From positions 39,494,001 to 39,558,000 of the forward strand of contig NC_043001.1 in assembly GCF_006345805.1 (NCBI RefSeq): a stretch of DNA of 64,000 nt. The letters are read 5' to 3'. The notes beneath the pieces were generated by a model, which was not told the DNA's origin, did no database searches, and saw only the letters and a program-made list of their open reading frames with translations. How positions within the stretch are numbered: the stretch's first letter is position 1; every line of letters starts with the position of its first letter. A program made the position numbers and the translations under genes. Shown in pieces: positions 1-13,315 of the stretch. Source of the stretch: Octopus sinensis. Its lineage: Eukaryota.

Positions 1-1120
1 TGATTAACTATATGGTTGGCTAGGCCATATCCTACACTGCTAGATATTTTAATTATCTCGGCAGTGATTTCTGATGGCTTTCCCTGTCTTCATATTCTTA
101 ATTGCCTTATCTATTATACTGGTATCAATACTAATGCTGGTCTCTCAGTTGATTCAACATTTGAAAGTCTCTCCTCCCATGCATTTTCCACATTTAGTAA
201 CCTTTCATAGTGGCATTTCCATGCATCTTTCTTCTCTGAGTTACTAAGAGCAAATGTACCATTATCCATTCACACACATTTCTCACTCACCACATCTCTA
301 TTCTCTCTGATACACTGCTTTGCAATCCTGAACACCTCACGCCTCTGATCCTTATGCTGTAAAACATTGGTAAACTTCTTACCTTCTGCTATTCCTTTTG
401 CTATTTAAACCTGTCACCTAGCTTCCCTTCTTGCTTCCTGATATAATTCTTTGCTTCCACTATTTTTCCAGTCTTTCCAGGACAGTCTCTTTGCTTTGAT
501 CGGACTGCCTACCTTTTTGACTCACCATCATGTCACCATAAGCCTAGATGGAACTTTACACCAACCACAGAATTGGCCAGCAGACTTTGGTAGTTTGTCC
601 TGCAAGAACTTCCAATTGTTCACTAAGCTATATGTTCCCAACTTACCTCTCTTTTGTCAAAAGCTTCCATTAGACTATCTCTAAATTTCTGTCAGTTTGC
701 TGGGTCTTTGAGCTTCCATAATCTTCTTTTCCAAAATGGTTTATTTCTCAGAGTCATTCGAGCTCTAATTCTGAAGTCACTTACTAGTAACCTATATTGG
801 GTTGTACACTCTCCACCAAGGAAACACTTTGCATTTGCAAGTATCTGTCTATTTTGTTGTCTAGTGAGGGGGTAATCAATCTGGCTTATGTGCCCATCAG
901 ACTGATAAGTGATTAGGTGGCAGTCTGATTTTCTGAAGCTAGTGTTGCAGATCATGAGATTATTTGCATCACAGAACTCCAGCAGCCTTGTTCCCTCCTC
1001 ATTCCTAGAACCAAAGCTATAACCACCATGTGCACCATGCTGCCCAGTATGTTCATTGTAGTCGTTGAGACCCCCTTCAGTCATGACTACCCTCCCAGTT
1101 ACAAGTCCGGGCAAGGTTGT
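1..1120 (-). mobile_element. RTE-clade LINE fragment (APE endonuclease to RT start), decayed
   Basis: ORF 692..1114: GGYSFGSRNEEGTRLLEFCDANNLMICNTSF...SQIDY. DNA similarity to the RTE at 53-55 kb. Confidence 0.85.
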
Positions 1121-1144
1121 TTATGGAAGACCAGCAGTCACCCA

Positions 1145-1365
1145 TGCATACCAGCCTCCCCTCTCCACACCACCAATGTTATCCAAGGGAAAGGCAAGGG
1201 CCGATACAGCTTGGCACCTGTGATGTCGCAACTCATTTCTACAGCTGAGTGAACTGGAGCAACGTGAAATAAAGTGTCTTGCTCAAGAACACAATACGTA
1301 GCCCGGTCCAACTCACAACCTCACGATCATAAGCTCGATGCTCTAACCACTGAGCCATGCACCTT
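1145..1365 (-). mobile_element. tRNA-derived SINE
   Basis: Minus-strand head GCATGGCTCAGTGGTTAGAGC (tRNA A-box-like). Confidence 0.7.
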
Positions 1366-2139
1366 AACTGTTGTCACCAACTACAATAACTAAGTCACTG
1401 TCATTTGTCACTGAGGTAGTCTGCAGAAGAACCTCGTAAAATTGGTCCTTCTGGTCATCAACCAGCTCAGACAGTGGAACATATACAGAGATAAATGTAA
1501 CTGTTAATTTATCTATGATAAGTCTCAGCTCAATAACCCTATCACATATTCTGACTAATTCAATTACCTTTTCTACTTAATTTTCTGCTAAAAGTGTGCC
1601 AACACTACCCACTCCATCACTCCTGCCTACCCAGAAGAATTTGAACCTCTGTTTCTTACCCATGAGAAATCTAGTAGAGGCTCCTCTCCATCTTACTTCT
1701 TGCACACTACCACATCGACATGGTGATGCTCCAGCATTTCAATAATCTCACCAGACCTTCCTTTCATTGCACCAATGTTGATGGTAGTGGTCATAAAATT
1801 GTGTATTCAGGAGTGATAGTTGGAAAGCAGTCGTTGTAGGACCTTTGTCAACACCTGAAAAGAAGATCTGCACAAGCACATGTCAGCTTGCACAGAACTT
1901 TGGTATATAGTTTATTCAATGAATTACAATTTCCTTAATCCCATACAACATCCAAATTAAGGGCCAACAATGAGGAGAGGTAAAGGGGGTATGCAAGTAT
2001 GCAAGAAGGGCATGTAGATTTACTAGGAAGAAAGAGTAGGGTGGCTACACAGCATGGCTTATATTTCATATCTTATATATATATATATATATATATATAT
2101 AGCTCCCTCCCAAGATCTACAATCATTCTGGTCAAAAAT

Positions 2140-2595
2140 TTGGAATGAAAAGAGGAATTTCAACATGGTTAAATACAACTGAGAGAGAATACTGTACCAA
2201 CACTTACAGTAAAGCACACAAAATTGATGCAGAAACCTTTGCAATAGCAGTAGGCAAACTGCAGAATGGGAAGGCACCTAGAAGGGACCTAATAGTCGAA
2301 TATGGATACAAGAAGCTGTCATTTTATAGAAACCTATTGATATGTATGTTCAGAAGGACTATGGAAGTTCAGACTGATATACCACATTTGCTTGCTACAA
2401 GGACAAATCTTGTGGCCAAAAAGGAAATCACCGAGATGGCAGAAAGCTACAGGCTCATTGCTTGCCTAAATATTATGTACAAACTGTACACATGTTGCCT
2501 CAATCAGGACCATTGTGAATCAAACAACATTGTGACTGATGAACAGGCTGGTGGAAAGAAGGGTGTTTTGGGATATGCTGAACAATTTTTAATAT
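2140..2595 (+). mobile_element. R4/Dong-like non-LTR RT fragment
   Basis: GKAP...YRLIACLNIMYKLYT...EQAGGKKG; the rest of ORF 2145..2744 is microsatellite. Confidence 0.75.
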
Positions 2596-3874
2596 GTATG
2601 CATGCATGCATGCATGCATGTATGTATGTATGTATGTATGTATGTATGTATGTATGTATGTATGTATGTATGTATGTATGTATGTATGTATTGAGTCACA
2701 CAACACAGACACACATACATACACAACTTTCAACATCTGTTTAACCATGCCTGGTCAGGCAGGAGAGTTTTAAGAATATATATCCCTAATTAACAAACCT
2801 TTATAATGTGTAAAACATACCAACCTCTTTTTTTGTGGCATTTATAAATAAGAAGCCCCAAAATTATTAATAATACAATTCCTACAGTGCAACCAATAAT
2901 TATTCTCAAAGGGACTTCCATAATTTCTGAAAGGATTTATTAAAAAGACCTTGCATTAATACATTAAAAATATAAAGGGTTATGAAGAATTTTTCACTAA
3001 TTATTTGCCACATATTCTAAGGTCAATGGATGTTGGGGTACACAGTTGCTACTTGAAGGCTTCAAAAACAATAAAATGTACATACAGTTGTGCATCTTTT
3101 TTTTATATCAGATATTGTACAGTCAATTTCTTTACAAACATTGTAACACTAAGTGTTTGTTAAAAATACTATAAATATGTTCTGTAGTGCATTCTAGTAA
3201 TGCATTATAAGGCTCAGTGTTTTCAGATCATACCTAAAAGCTTCTTTCTACTTTTTCCTTAGAGTGTCCTTATTAGACCATCATTTCATTCCTCTTTCAT
3301 TTTCCTTTCCATCACACATGTAATTAAACAGAAATGGCTTGCCCTTATACATCCACCTGTATGATGCTATGCAAATTTTGAGATCCACAGCATCAAACAC
3401 TGCCAAATTCCTGCACTCTGGTTCTTTCCATACTGATAGAATTATCATCTATGTTATAAGTTATTTTTATGTCCACATAATTCAACTAGAAATCTTACCA
3501 CATTGAAATCAACTTCACTCTAATTATGTCGAAAATATTTAAATGAACAAACTAAGAATAAATAGTTAATTGACCAGAAAACTTCATTATCAGAGTTCAG
3601 GGAATGGTTTGCCAGTGGAAGTTTTGTGACCAGCAATTTTCTAGAATATTTCTGAAAAAGAAATTATGTTTACCTACAAATCTAAAAGTGCTTAAACAAG
3701 AATGAAAGCTAAAATTGATAATCATCTTTATAACATACAGCTAATTCTAACACATGGACTAAAAGCAGAACCTTAAGTACTTCACAATGAATTAATCAAT
3801 TCTAAATAATTCCATATAGTACGAAACAATATTTTAAGTAACTAAAGAATAATTCCAAACATGTAACAACTTAC

Positions 3875-4183
3875 CTTTAAGTCTCATGGCAAAAATAATC
3901 ACTTTTTTCCCTATGGTATTTTCCACTGTTAAGGTATAGGTGCCAAAATCATTATCTTTAATGTCTTCTATCTTTAAACTAGCACAGCTTCCTTTGAAAG
4001 GAAACTCACTTGATAAATAATCAGTTATTAAATATTTGTTGGAGTCAATTAATTTCTCATTCTTTTGCCATTTTACATCAAATTTTGGATAGGAATAAAA
4101 ACACTGTTTGAAAATTACAGATTCTCCAATTGCAACATTTCTCGTTTTGGGATTGTTTGATCTTGAACTGAAAATAGGTTTCA
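3875..4183 (-). CDS. Ig-superfamily gene, Ig-like domain 5 exon (309 nt); gene continues left of window
   Basis: TTTTTCCATCAG|TG AAA CCT ... CTT AAA G|GTAAG, phase 1-1. Motifs CFYSYP, VKWQKN, LKIEDIKDNDFGTYTLTVENTIG (I-set-like). Confidence 0.9.
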
Positions 4184-5419
4184 CTGATGGAAAAATAATA
4201 ATATTACTAACGAAAATAACAATGTATATCATAAATTTGAAACAGAAGGTGTCTAAGTTTTCAAAAAATAAATGGAAATAATAAAATGTAAACTATACAA
4301 TTCAATGACCGAATTTACTTTCAGACTGATTCTGCTAGTATTTAAGGCTAAAACATTGACAATTCTAAGCATCTGTACCATTTCACCTCCAAATTAGAAT
4401 CCCTAGTTGTCAAACGAACTCTTACCAGCCCTTCAATTACAACCTCTACACAACAACCATAGCATATTTTACAATGTATGGTTCCAGAAGATCCTCTAAC
4501 ATTGTCTCATCACACTCCACCTGATCAAGATAACAGGGACATATACATATGGCAGTCAAATCTGTCATATTAGCTACTAATATCATATCCAGTTTAACTT
4601 CCTACACATAACAAACACACAGTCAGTTACTTTCTTTCAGCTCTACTCATTACTTAAGATATTACTACTATGGCTTTTAAGTACAATAAAGCCTTTGATC
4701 ACTTAAAACTAGCAATTCAAGCTAATAGTTTCAAGTGTTATCTAAAAGTAGATAGTTTTACTTACTGATTATTTTCATATATTTGATCAAAAACAAGTGA
4801 CCAATGTGTAACATAAAAAGAAATATTTTCAAAGAAACTGTGTTTATATAGCCTGTATTAGATCCCACCTAAGAGATTTTAAGATTTGTGATAATTTAGG
4901 AAGCAATTTTCATTATCTGATATTATCCTAAACATCACCCTGAAATTGCACTTGCAAATTGACTTATTCTTGATAAGTTTAGAAATTTTTATTTCTCAAA
5001 CATGACTTAATCCAAAATGTGTGCCATCTCCATTAAAGACAATCTCTCCAATGCTGCTCAGAAGCAGTCAGTATTTCTAAGATTATACTGATAATCTTTA
5101 TTCATCAGTTCTTACATTACCTTGAATCTCAAGACATCAGAAGTGGTAGACATTTTATGTTACAAAGTGTCTTTCATACAGAGCTAAACATGATATAGAC
5201 ATTTCTTTTCTTTCTAAACAAATATAACATGATATAAAATTTAAATGAAAATTACTTGCTACTGAAAGTTTTAGGAATATTTTTGGAAAGATCTATTATA
5301 ACATTTAAAAAACAAATAATTCATATGCCAAAATTGCATATCTTTATAATTTGAATTACTGTAACAAGAAATATTTGATGTTCTTGCCTGATAAGTTAAT
5401 TTGCTATATTTTGGAGTGG

Positions 5420-5569
5420 CCCTATGGTAAGTAGCTTGTTTACCAACCACATGGTTCCGGGTTCAGTCCCACTGCGTGGCACCTTGGGCAAGTGTCTTCT
5501 ACTATAGCCTCGGGCCGACCAAAGCCTTGTGAGTGGATTTGGTAGACGGAAACTGAAAAGAAGCCCGTC

Positions 5570-5602
<33 letters not shown>

Positions 5603-5815
5603 CATGTATGTGTTTGTGTGTCTGTGCTTGTCCCCCTAGCATTGCTTGACAACCAATGCTGGTGTGTTTATGTCCCCGTTAATTAGCGGTTCGGCAAAAG
5701 AGACCGATAGAATAAGTACTGGGCTAACAAAAGAATAAGTCCCGGGGTCGAGTGGCTCGACTAAAGGTGGTGCTCCAGTATGGCCACAGTCAAATGACTG
5801 AAACAAGTAAAAGAG
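5420..5815 (+). mobile_element. tRNA-derived SINE with internal (TA)n and CR1-like 3' tail; related copies or fragments near 10480-10690, 12410-12765(-), 13320-13520, 22290-22500, 32225-32420, 41810-42100, 56030-56200, 61210-61340
   Basis: B-box-like GGTTCAGTCCC and a recurrent tail ggtgctccagcatggccacagtcaaatgactgaaacaagtaaaaga. Confidence 0.8.
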
Positions 5816-6639
5816 AGAGTAAAAAGAATATTGATTATGCAGTTGAAATGGAACAAACTAAATAATAAGAAAACTCAATAGGGAAACTATTTCACTATAT
5901 AAAATGCATGCTTAAAATTTACTTGGAAACAGCTTCAGTTCTTTTGAGAAAATGTGATACTATATAATTTATTAAAACTATAATTCTTAAATATTTACAT
6001 TTCAAACCATTCCTGAAAGTTATATTGATATACATAAAAAGAACAAAGTCCAACAATATTCTAATGGAATAAAATCAAATATATAACTGAACAATTTTAC
6101 CATTCTAAAAATAAAAATTGAATTGTAAATATTTTTTTTAAATAATTGTGGCTTTGTAAAATACTTGCCTGGAATTTTGTAGTTTGAGGATTTACTCACA
6201 TGAAAATATTCATTGCTTACATGACACTCCCATGTACCAGTATTACTGAAGGAAGGATTGTTTATAGATAATACTTTTATATTATAAGTATTCTTAGTGG
6301 TATTACTCCATTTTTGCTTCAGTTTGTATTTATAATTTGCTGGATTTCCATCAAATACAGTGCAATTAATTAGTAAAGTATTATTTGTCTCATTTGAAAT
6401 ATGAATGTTTACTTGAGGAGGATCTTTAAAAAAAAATCAGAAAGCAGTTTCAGTTTAGAAAATACGATAAAAATTCATTCAAAATTTCAGTTCCATACAC
6501 ATTTCAAAAATAAATTTATAAATAACATGGTTATAATAATACATAAACGTGCCTATGGTAATGCCACAAGAGTGCTGGCTTGCTTCACTAAGTTCCATTC
6601 AATCTTGTGGTGTGCAAACAACTGAAGCACTTGCTACTG

Positions 6640-7088
6640 CATTGAGGTTTTTTTTCATTTCTCCCTTTTTGCTTTTATTTCATAAAATATATTCCTGTTC
6701 ATATCCTGTAAGTCTTCAGATTTTAAGATTGTCATTGAACTTGTTTTCTCATACAGAATATCATAGTAAGATAGAGCTAGGGATCTAAACCACCACAAAC
6801 CCATAACCTTGGAGCAATTTGAATATGACCCTATAGTTAATGAAACATTCGTCAATATTTGAAGAGTTACTACAGTGAGATGTAGGGTCATTGAGTACAC
6901 TATATCAAATTTCCACCCATCCCTGTTTTATATATCAAATGAGGTAATTTTCCAGATGGAAGAAGGGTCTTGTAAGTTTTCTGATTTACTTAGACTTTAA
7001 TGTTTGCCAAGTTAATGCTGAGGCCCTTTGATTCCAGGTTTACTTTCACACCTGTAATTGTTTTCTAATCCTACAATAGTAGTTTCAA
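6640..7088 (-). pseudogene. Possible decayed Ig-like + FN3-like coding relic in the intron between Ig4 and Ig5
   Basis: Good acceptor at 7089. Interrupted frames give YRCESKP..LTW..SSIWKITSF..MTLHLTVV, then GGLDP/YYDILYEK/YEIKAK. Several stops and frameshifts. Confidence 0.3.
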
Positions 7089-7263
7089 CTGTAAGACCAA
7101 GAACATTAACTTATAAGAATTCCAATGCACACCCTGTCTTAAACTCTCTTAGAAGTCTTTGATAACTAGAAAGTGACTAAGCATTCAACACTGTACTTAT
7201 TATTAATTCTCATCTTGCTGACAGCACCCCTATATTTGGCTTGTAAGGCTCACATGAGTCCAT

Positions 7264-7480
7264 TTATCTACTCCTAGCTTCATCAATGATTATTAGATCA
7301 CCAAATGAGTAAACTCTGTCAAAAGCTTTCTCCAGGTCAACAAATGCCAGGTACAGTAGCTTACTTTTAGCCAGGTACTTCTGCAGTTCTTTCACTAGGA
7401 ATATGACATCAGTAATACGTCTTTCTGGTACACTGCTTAATTGCATCTCATCTAGGTTAAATCTCTCCCTAATCAATTGA
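7264..7480 (-). mobile_element. RTE RT fragment
   Basis: LYLAFVDLEKAFDRV. Confidence 0.8.
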
Positions 7481-8235
7481 GCCATAACACTTTTTCTGGT
7501 TTAGATAATCTAGACCAGCAACTTGACATCCCTCTAATTACTTATCGCTATTCTCAAATAAAATTTTAAAAACTCCCAAATATCTAACCATACAATAATA
7601 TTTATATCAGAATTTGACCAGAAGTTTATTACCTCTGAATATTCAACTTATGTGATAAAACCACACACAAATTCCAACAATACAATTAGATACAACTCGT
7701 ATAAGTATAATACAACTCGCACCCATTTTGGTATCACAGAATATTGTTTATGTTATAATGTGGATCCTCGTCCACTTGTATGTTGTTAGTGGCACTGTAA
7801 TATTCTTGTTGCCACTATTATGTTGTGGAAGTATTCCATGTTTTATTATCTTTGACTCGTCTATCATGCTATCACTGATTGATCCTCAAGGCAATGACTT
7901 TGAAACGTCTACCTTGATGGTAACTCGAATTTGTATATATCACATAAGTGACACATAACAGACTCCAACTGAAAACTCGTATGACTCTACTACTACTGAC
8001 CTCCTACAAAGACTGACTGTCTGACTTTATAGTGGCTTCTCATACCACTTTGTCATGTGGGAAGGGGTGTACCATTTTCACTACAACAGTTTATTGTTTC
8101 TTTCACTCAAAAATCTACAGCCAAACCAACATTTACAAAAGACTTAGATTTCAATAATTTTCTCATATTTGAATTTAAAAAAGAAAATGAAGACAGAAGA
8201 TTAAAATTTTCACAAGATGCTTCATTTATACTCAC

Positions 8236-8490
8236 AATAAATAGTAAAATTCTTTTCACAAGACACATTTGCTGCCATATGAATGCCCAGACACTTTACT
8301 GTTTGATGAGCTTTGGAAGGTATCACATTAAGTTCATCTTCTTTACTAGTATTTGATATATTTTTATACATCAGGGTTACACTTGTTGGTGGATGACCAC
8401 CTTTCCAACTACACTGGAATTTGGTTGGAGTATCAGCATATACTTTTCCTCCAAAAACATTTAATGTCATGGTATCTTTTTCTGGAGAAT
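8236..8490 (-). CDS. Ig-superfamily gene, Ig-like domain 4 exon (255 nt)
   Basis: ATAG|AT TCT CCA ... ATT TAT T|GTGAG, phase 1-1. Motifs FQCSWKGGHPPTSVTL and VKC (C2-set, nephrin-like). The acceptor lacks a pyrimidine tract (see findings). Confidence 0.82.
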
Positions 8491-8499
8491 CTATGAATT

Positions 8500-10010
8500 T
8501 CAGTGATGTCGTCTGCATACACTGACACTGCTTTTCTGAATCCAATTTCAAAAGGGAGCCCTCTTAACTGTTCCAACTTCTGCAGCAGAGGTTCAAGAGC
8601 CAGTACATACAGAAGAGGTGACAGCAAGCAGCCCAGACAGACTGAACATGCGATACTAAACGGTTCCAATAGATGTCCTTTTATGTTGATCACTGAGCAG
8701 TAATTCAGCCTCTGAAAACGGTACTGAAACCAGATGCTTTAAGGATAGCTTCCAAGTAGTGATGGTCTACCCTCTCAAAAGCTTCTGAATGATCTAAATT
8801 GTGCAGGACCCACCAAAACCAGCTTTAGTCCCAGCCCTCTCTATGATGTATTGCATAAGGTGGAAGTTGTTGTGGATAGACCTGCTTGGGATTATGCATG
8901 TTTGTGCCATCCCAACCATACTACCAACGACAATTGCTAACCTTTTTGCTAACACCTTGGCTAAAATTTTAAACACTGTGTTTAGCAGAGTTATGGGCCA
9001 AAAATGCCCAAGTATATCCCCATTATCAGTGTCCTTTCTCAGCAGTGTTATCACATCCCAGCAAATGGCACTAACAATTCTACCATTCTGCTGCTAGTTA
9101 TTGCAGACATCTGCCAAACAAATCTGATGTGAAAACAGAATTTGTAGGGCAGACCATCCAAACTGGGCAATTTGCAACTTATACAATCACTCATCACCTC
9201 CCATAATTCAGTGGCTGTAATCAACTTTATGCAGAACTTCGCATCCATTACTGAGAGCCATGGTAGGTCATCTGTGTATGAAGTAAAGTCTGCTACCATC
9301 GTTGACCCATCACTCTCCCCAAACAACCATACAAAGAACTGCTGGAAAGCTGCATGCATCTGTTCAGAACTGAGTAGCATGAGTCCATCCTGATCCGTCA
9401 AAAACTTGATCGAGGTTTTGTTTCCACGTCGTGTTTCTACCGTTCATGCTCATTGGATGGCTTCAGTTCCTTTATGTTTTAGCACACAGGCCTTAGCTCT
9501 GACAACATATCCTTTATGTTTTACCTCAAAGAAATGGTCAAGGGACATTCTCACCACTAACACATCGCTCACGGTGCCTTTACTAATAGCTACTTCTGAT
9601 TTACAAACTAGTTATTCCTCTAATCTATTTCTTTCTATTGCTAAATCTTTGGTAAATGCTATCAATTCTACTCTAATCATTCTCTTCAGAGTGAGCCAAC
9701 GCATAGTTGACAATAGTCCCTGTTAACTGCTGCTTAACTAGTTCACTAATCCGTGCATCCAAAATACTATTCCAATCCCTACTAGTACTAAAGTGCAAGA
9801 CATTCCCAAGAATGTTTCTAGATGCCTGAAGAAATCTGACCTTCCAGCCCCTGTTGGGGCATAAACCACTAAAAGTCTAAAGGCACCACCTTTGCTGTCA
9901 TTCATGTCAAGAGCCATCACCCTACTATCTGGGTCCAAGAAGATAGCCTGTACTTGGAGATCTAAGAATTTCCAGAGTCGCACTGCTACACTGCCACCCA
10001 CTCCCAATAG
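8500..10010 (-). mobile_element. L1/Tx1-clade LINE ORF2 relic (APE + RT up to YADD)
   Basis: FRLLVVYAP; ITLLRKD..PITLLNTVFKILAKVLAKRL; GCLLSPLLYVLALEPLL; VSVYADDIT. Frameshifted. Confidence 0.88.
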
Positions 10011-10973
10011 ATCACAAGATTAAAATATCTCATAGTCCTTGAAAATGGATGCTAGAGCATGTTTTCCGGAGATCCTTGTTTCACTAATGGCATTAAGTTT
10101 AGGCCATTTGATATTCTTTTTCTCACTTTTTTCTACCAATGAGGAACACGTTCTTTTGTCAAACATTATGATGGCTTAAGTATCAACCATCTTTAAATAA
10201 TTAAAGAAAATTGCAAAATATTTGCTTTTGCCAAAGTAGTTAAATTTTAAAAATTATTGATGCACACCCATTGCAAATCAGGGGGTGTTTCTACACAAAA
10301 ATACTATCTGCACAGCCCATACAAACTCAGAAATGCAGTGGTAGCAATAAAAATGAAAACACAGGGCTTTAGAAGGTCAAAAAGATTACAAACACTTTTT
10401 CAACTTATGGAGCTCCTATTTCCATGACTCTACAGTATGGCAGCCATAACAATAATAATAGTAATAATAATAATAATAATAATCCTTTCTACTAAAGGCA
10501 CAAGGCCTGAAATCTGGGGGAAGGGGACTAGTCGATAACATCAACCCCAGTGTTTCACTGGTACTTAATTTATTGACCCAAAAGAATGAAAGGCAAAGTC
10601 GACCTTGGTAGAATTTGAACTTGGAATGTAGCGATGGGCGAAATACTGCTAAGTATTTTGTCCAGCATGCTTGATCCCTGGCTTACCATCCATACAGGAA
10701 GTTCAAAAGATTGTCTTAACTGGTATGTCACACATATTGAGAAGAGCATTGTCACTGTGAATTTTCTTTCTCTTTTCCCCTTTATTTTCTTTGTTTACTT
10801 TTTTATTTCTGTCTTTTTTATCTCTGTCTTTCTTCCCTTTTTCTCTATCACATGATTTTGTAAATGGGCAATTTGGTGTGTTTATTTTAATGGCCTACCA
10901 ATGTATACAGTGCGTTTCTCTGTCTGTCAGCAAGAAATGGAAACAGAATTGAAAGAAGATGATGATAATAATG

Positions 10974-11009
<36 letters not shown>

Positions 11010-11012
<3 letters not shown>

Positions 11013-12015
11013 GGCAAGAAAAACCTCTCTATGGCAAATACCCAAAGAGAGCAAATAATGCAGATGTTGACAAAGCCCTGACCCATTAATGGCTAATGGC
11101 CTCTGGCTTAAAATCTGAAACAGAGGGGTTTATCATAGCAGCTCAAGATCAATGCCTACCAACAAGAAACTACCAGGCCAACATATTAAAGATCAGAAGC
11201 AGTCCAACGTGTCGTGTATGCAAGCAACAAAATGAAACCATTGACCATGTGGTCTCCAAGTGCAGTCTTCTAGCGCCTACAGAATATCTCAACAGGCACG
11301 ATAGAGCTGCACAATATATTCACTGGGTAATCTGTAAAAACCTGGATTTGCCCCATGAAAAAAACTGGTGGGAACACAAACCACCCCCAGTGCTTGAAAA
11401 TGACCACATCTCACTCCTCTGGAACTTCGCCATTCAAACTGACAGAAAGATAGATGCAAATAGGCCAGACATCATATTGAAAGACTTCAAACAAAGAACA
11501 TGCCTCCTCATTGATATGACTGTCCCAATCGATATAAACGTATCTGTCAAGACCTACCAAAAACTGAGCAAATATAAAGATCTTGAAATAGAAATCAGCA
11601 AAATGTGGAAGCTGAAGACTAAAACAATACCTGTTGTCATAGGTGCCCTGGGAATGATAGCAAAAGGGGCAGATAGCTACCTAACTCAGATACCAGGAAA
11701 CCCAAAAATGGCAGAAATTCAAAAGATAGTGCTCATGGGAACTGCTCATATCCTATGCAAAATACTTTCTATGTAATCTCAAGGTTTAAAACAAACATAA
11801 TTTTCGGTTTAAAAAAAAAAAAAAAAAATTTTCTTTTTTTAGACATTCATTAGTACAACACCCCACCCCCCAAATATATGGCACACTAGGCATAACAACA
11901 ACATGAACTTCCAACCCTGTTGTCTCTTGAGGTCTCTGGGTGAGACTTGGAGCCAACTTGTACAAATATAAAGCAAAAGTCAAACATAGAATAATAATAA
12001 TAATAATAATAATAA
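11010..12015 (+). mobile_element. R4/Dong-like LINE 3' end: CCHC zinc knuckle + restriction-like endonuclease, (AAT)n tail
   Basis: ORF 11096..11776: CRVC...ETIDHVVSKC, RHD, NRPDII, LLIDMTVP, KLSKYKDL, PVVIGALG. Confidence 0.9.
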
Positions 12016-12019
12016 TAGT

Positions 12020-13315
12020 CAATGAGAAAGGATTTGGGACAGTTATACAAGAGTTGAAACTATATCATAGCAGTAGCAGGCAAGCTTTCCAGATATCAGA
12101 AATGAATAGATCAGTATCAACAGAACAGATTATTTGAGACAGACCAGAAGAGATATTATAACCATATAAACATCAAAAAAGAAAGTATTGAAGATCAGAA
12201 ACCTAATGTAGAAGAAGCTAGAAAGCTCTGGAGTAATATTTGGGATAAGCCAGTCAATAATAATGGAGATGCAGTATGGTTAAAGAAAGTGAGGGAAGAA
12301 ATAGTGGGTGAGAAGCAGCCAGATCTAAGACCAACTAAGTGCATTAATGAGTAAAATGTTTGGAAAAATGCCAAATTGGAAGGGCCCACGAACAGATTTA
12401 GCTCAAGGGTACTCTTTTACTCTTTTACTATTTTACTTGTTTCAGTCATTTGACTGCAGCCATGTTGGAGCACCACCTTTAGTCAAGCAAATCTACCCCA
12501 GGACTTATTCTTTGTAAGCCTAGTACTTATTCCATTGGTCTCTTTTGCCGAACCACTAAGTTACGGGCACGTAAACACACCAGCATTGGTTGTCAAGCGA
12601 TGTTAGGGGAAAAACACACACACACAAACACACACACATATATACATATACATATATATACAGGCTTCTTTCAGTTTCCATCTACCAAATTCACTCACAA
12701 GACTGAACCTAGAAGCATGTGGTTCGTAAGCAAGCTACTTACCACACAGCCACTCCTGCGCCTAAAGGTTAAAAGAATTTAGTAGTTTGCATGAGAAGCG
12801 GAGGGAACAACTTCAAGATTGTCTTAGTGGAGGAATAATACCAGATTGGATGACTATTAGGAGAACAATACTCCTTATGAAAGACAAAATCAAGGGTAAT
12901 ACAGCCAGCAATTATAGACCAATCACTTGCTTACCATTAGTGTGGAAGCTGTTAATAGGAATGCTTTCAGAAAGCCTTTATGAGCACTTTGACAACCAGA
13001 AGAACAGAAAGTACCAGGAGCTAGCCATTGAATTACAGAGACTATGGAAAGTGTGGGTAAAATGCATCACAGTAGTTATAGGTGCATTGGGAACTATCCC
13101 TAAAGATTTGAACAGGTAATGAGAGGCAAAAAGGCATAAAACCCAGTTTGGTACAACTCCAGAAAACAGTATTATCAAGGACAGCTAGGATACTTAGGAA
13201 GATTCTTGTTATTTAAGGTTACTTGTTTTAGCCTGATGTTAGGAATTTTTCTTTTCCAACAGTTTAATCTGTTGTGTGTATATGAATAATAATAATTATA
13301 ATAGTAATAATAATC
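12020..13315 (+). mobile_element. Second R4/Dong-like element, internally deleted and interrupted by a SINE (12410-12765)
   Basis: KMPNWKGP / NYRPITCLPLVWKLL (RT N-terminus) joined directly to KYQELAIELQRLW..VVIGALG (REL C-terminus), then (AAT)n. Confidence 0.8.

Noticed and set aside
7730-8090. LTR-like segment ending in ...actaca
   Set aside because: No partner LTR, PBS/PPT or gag-pol motif that I could confirm.
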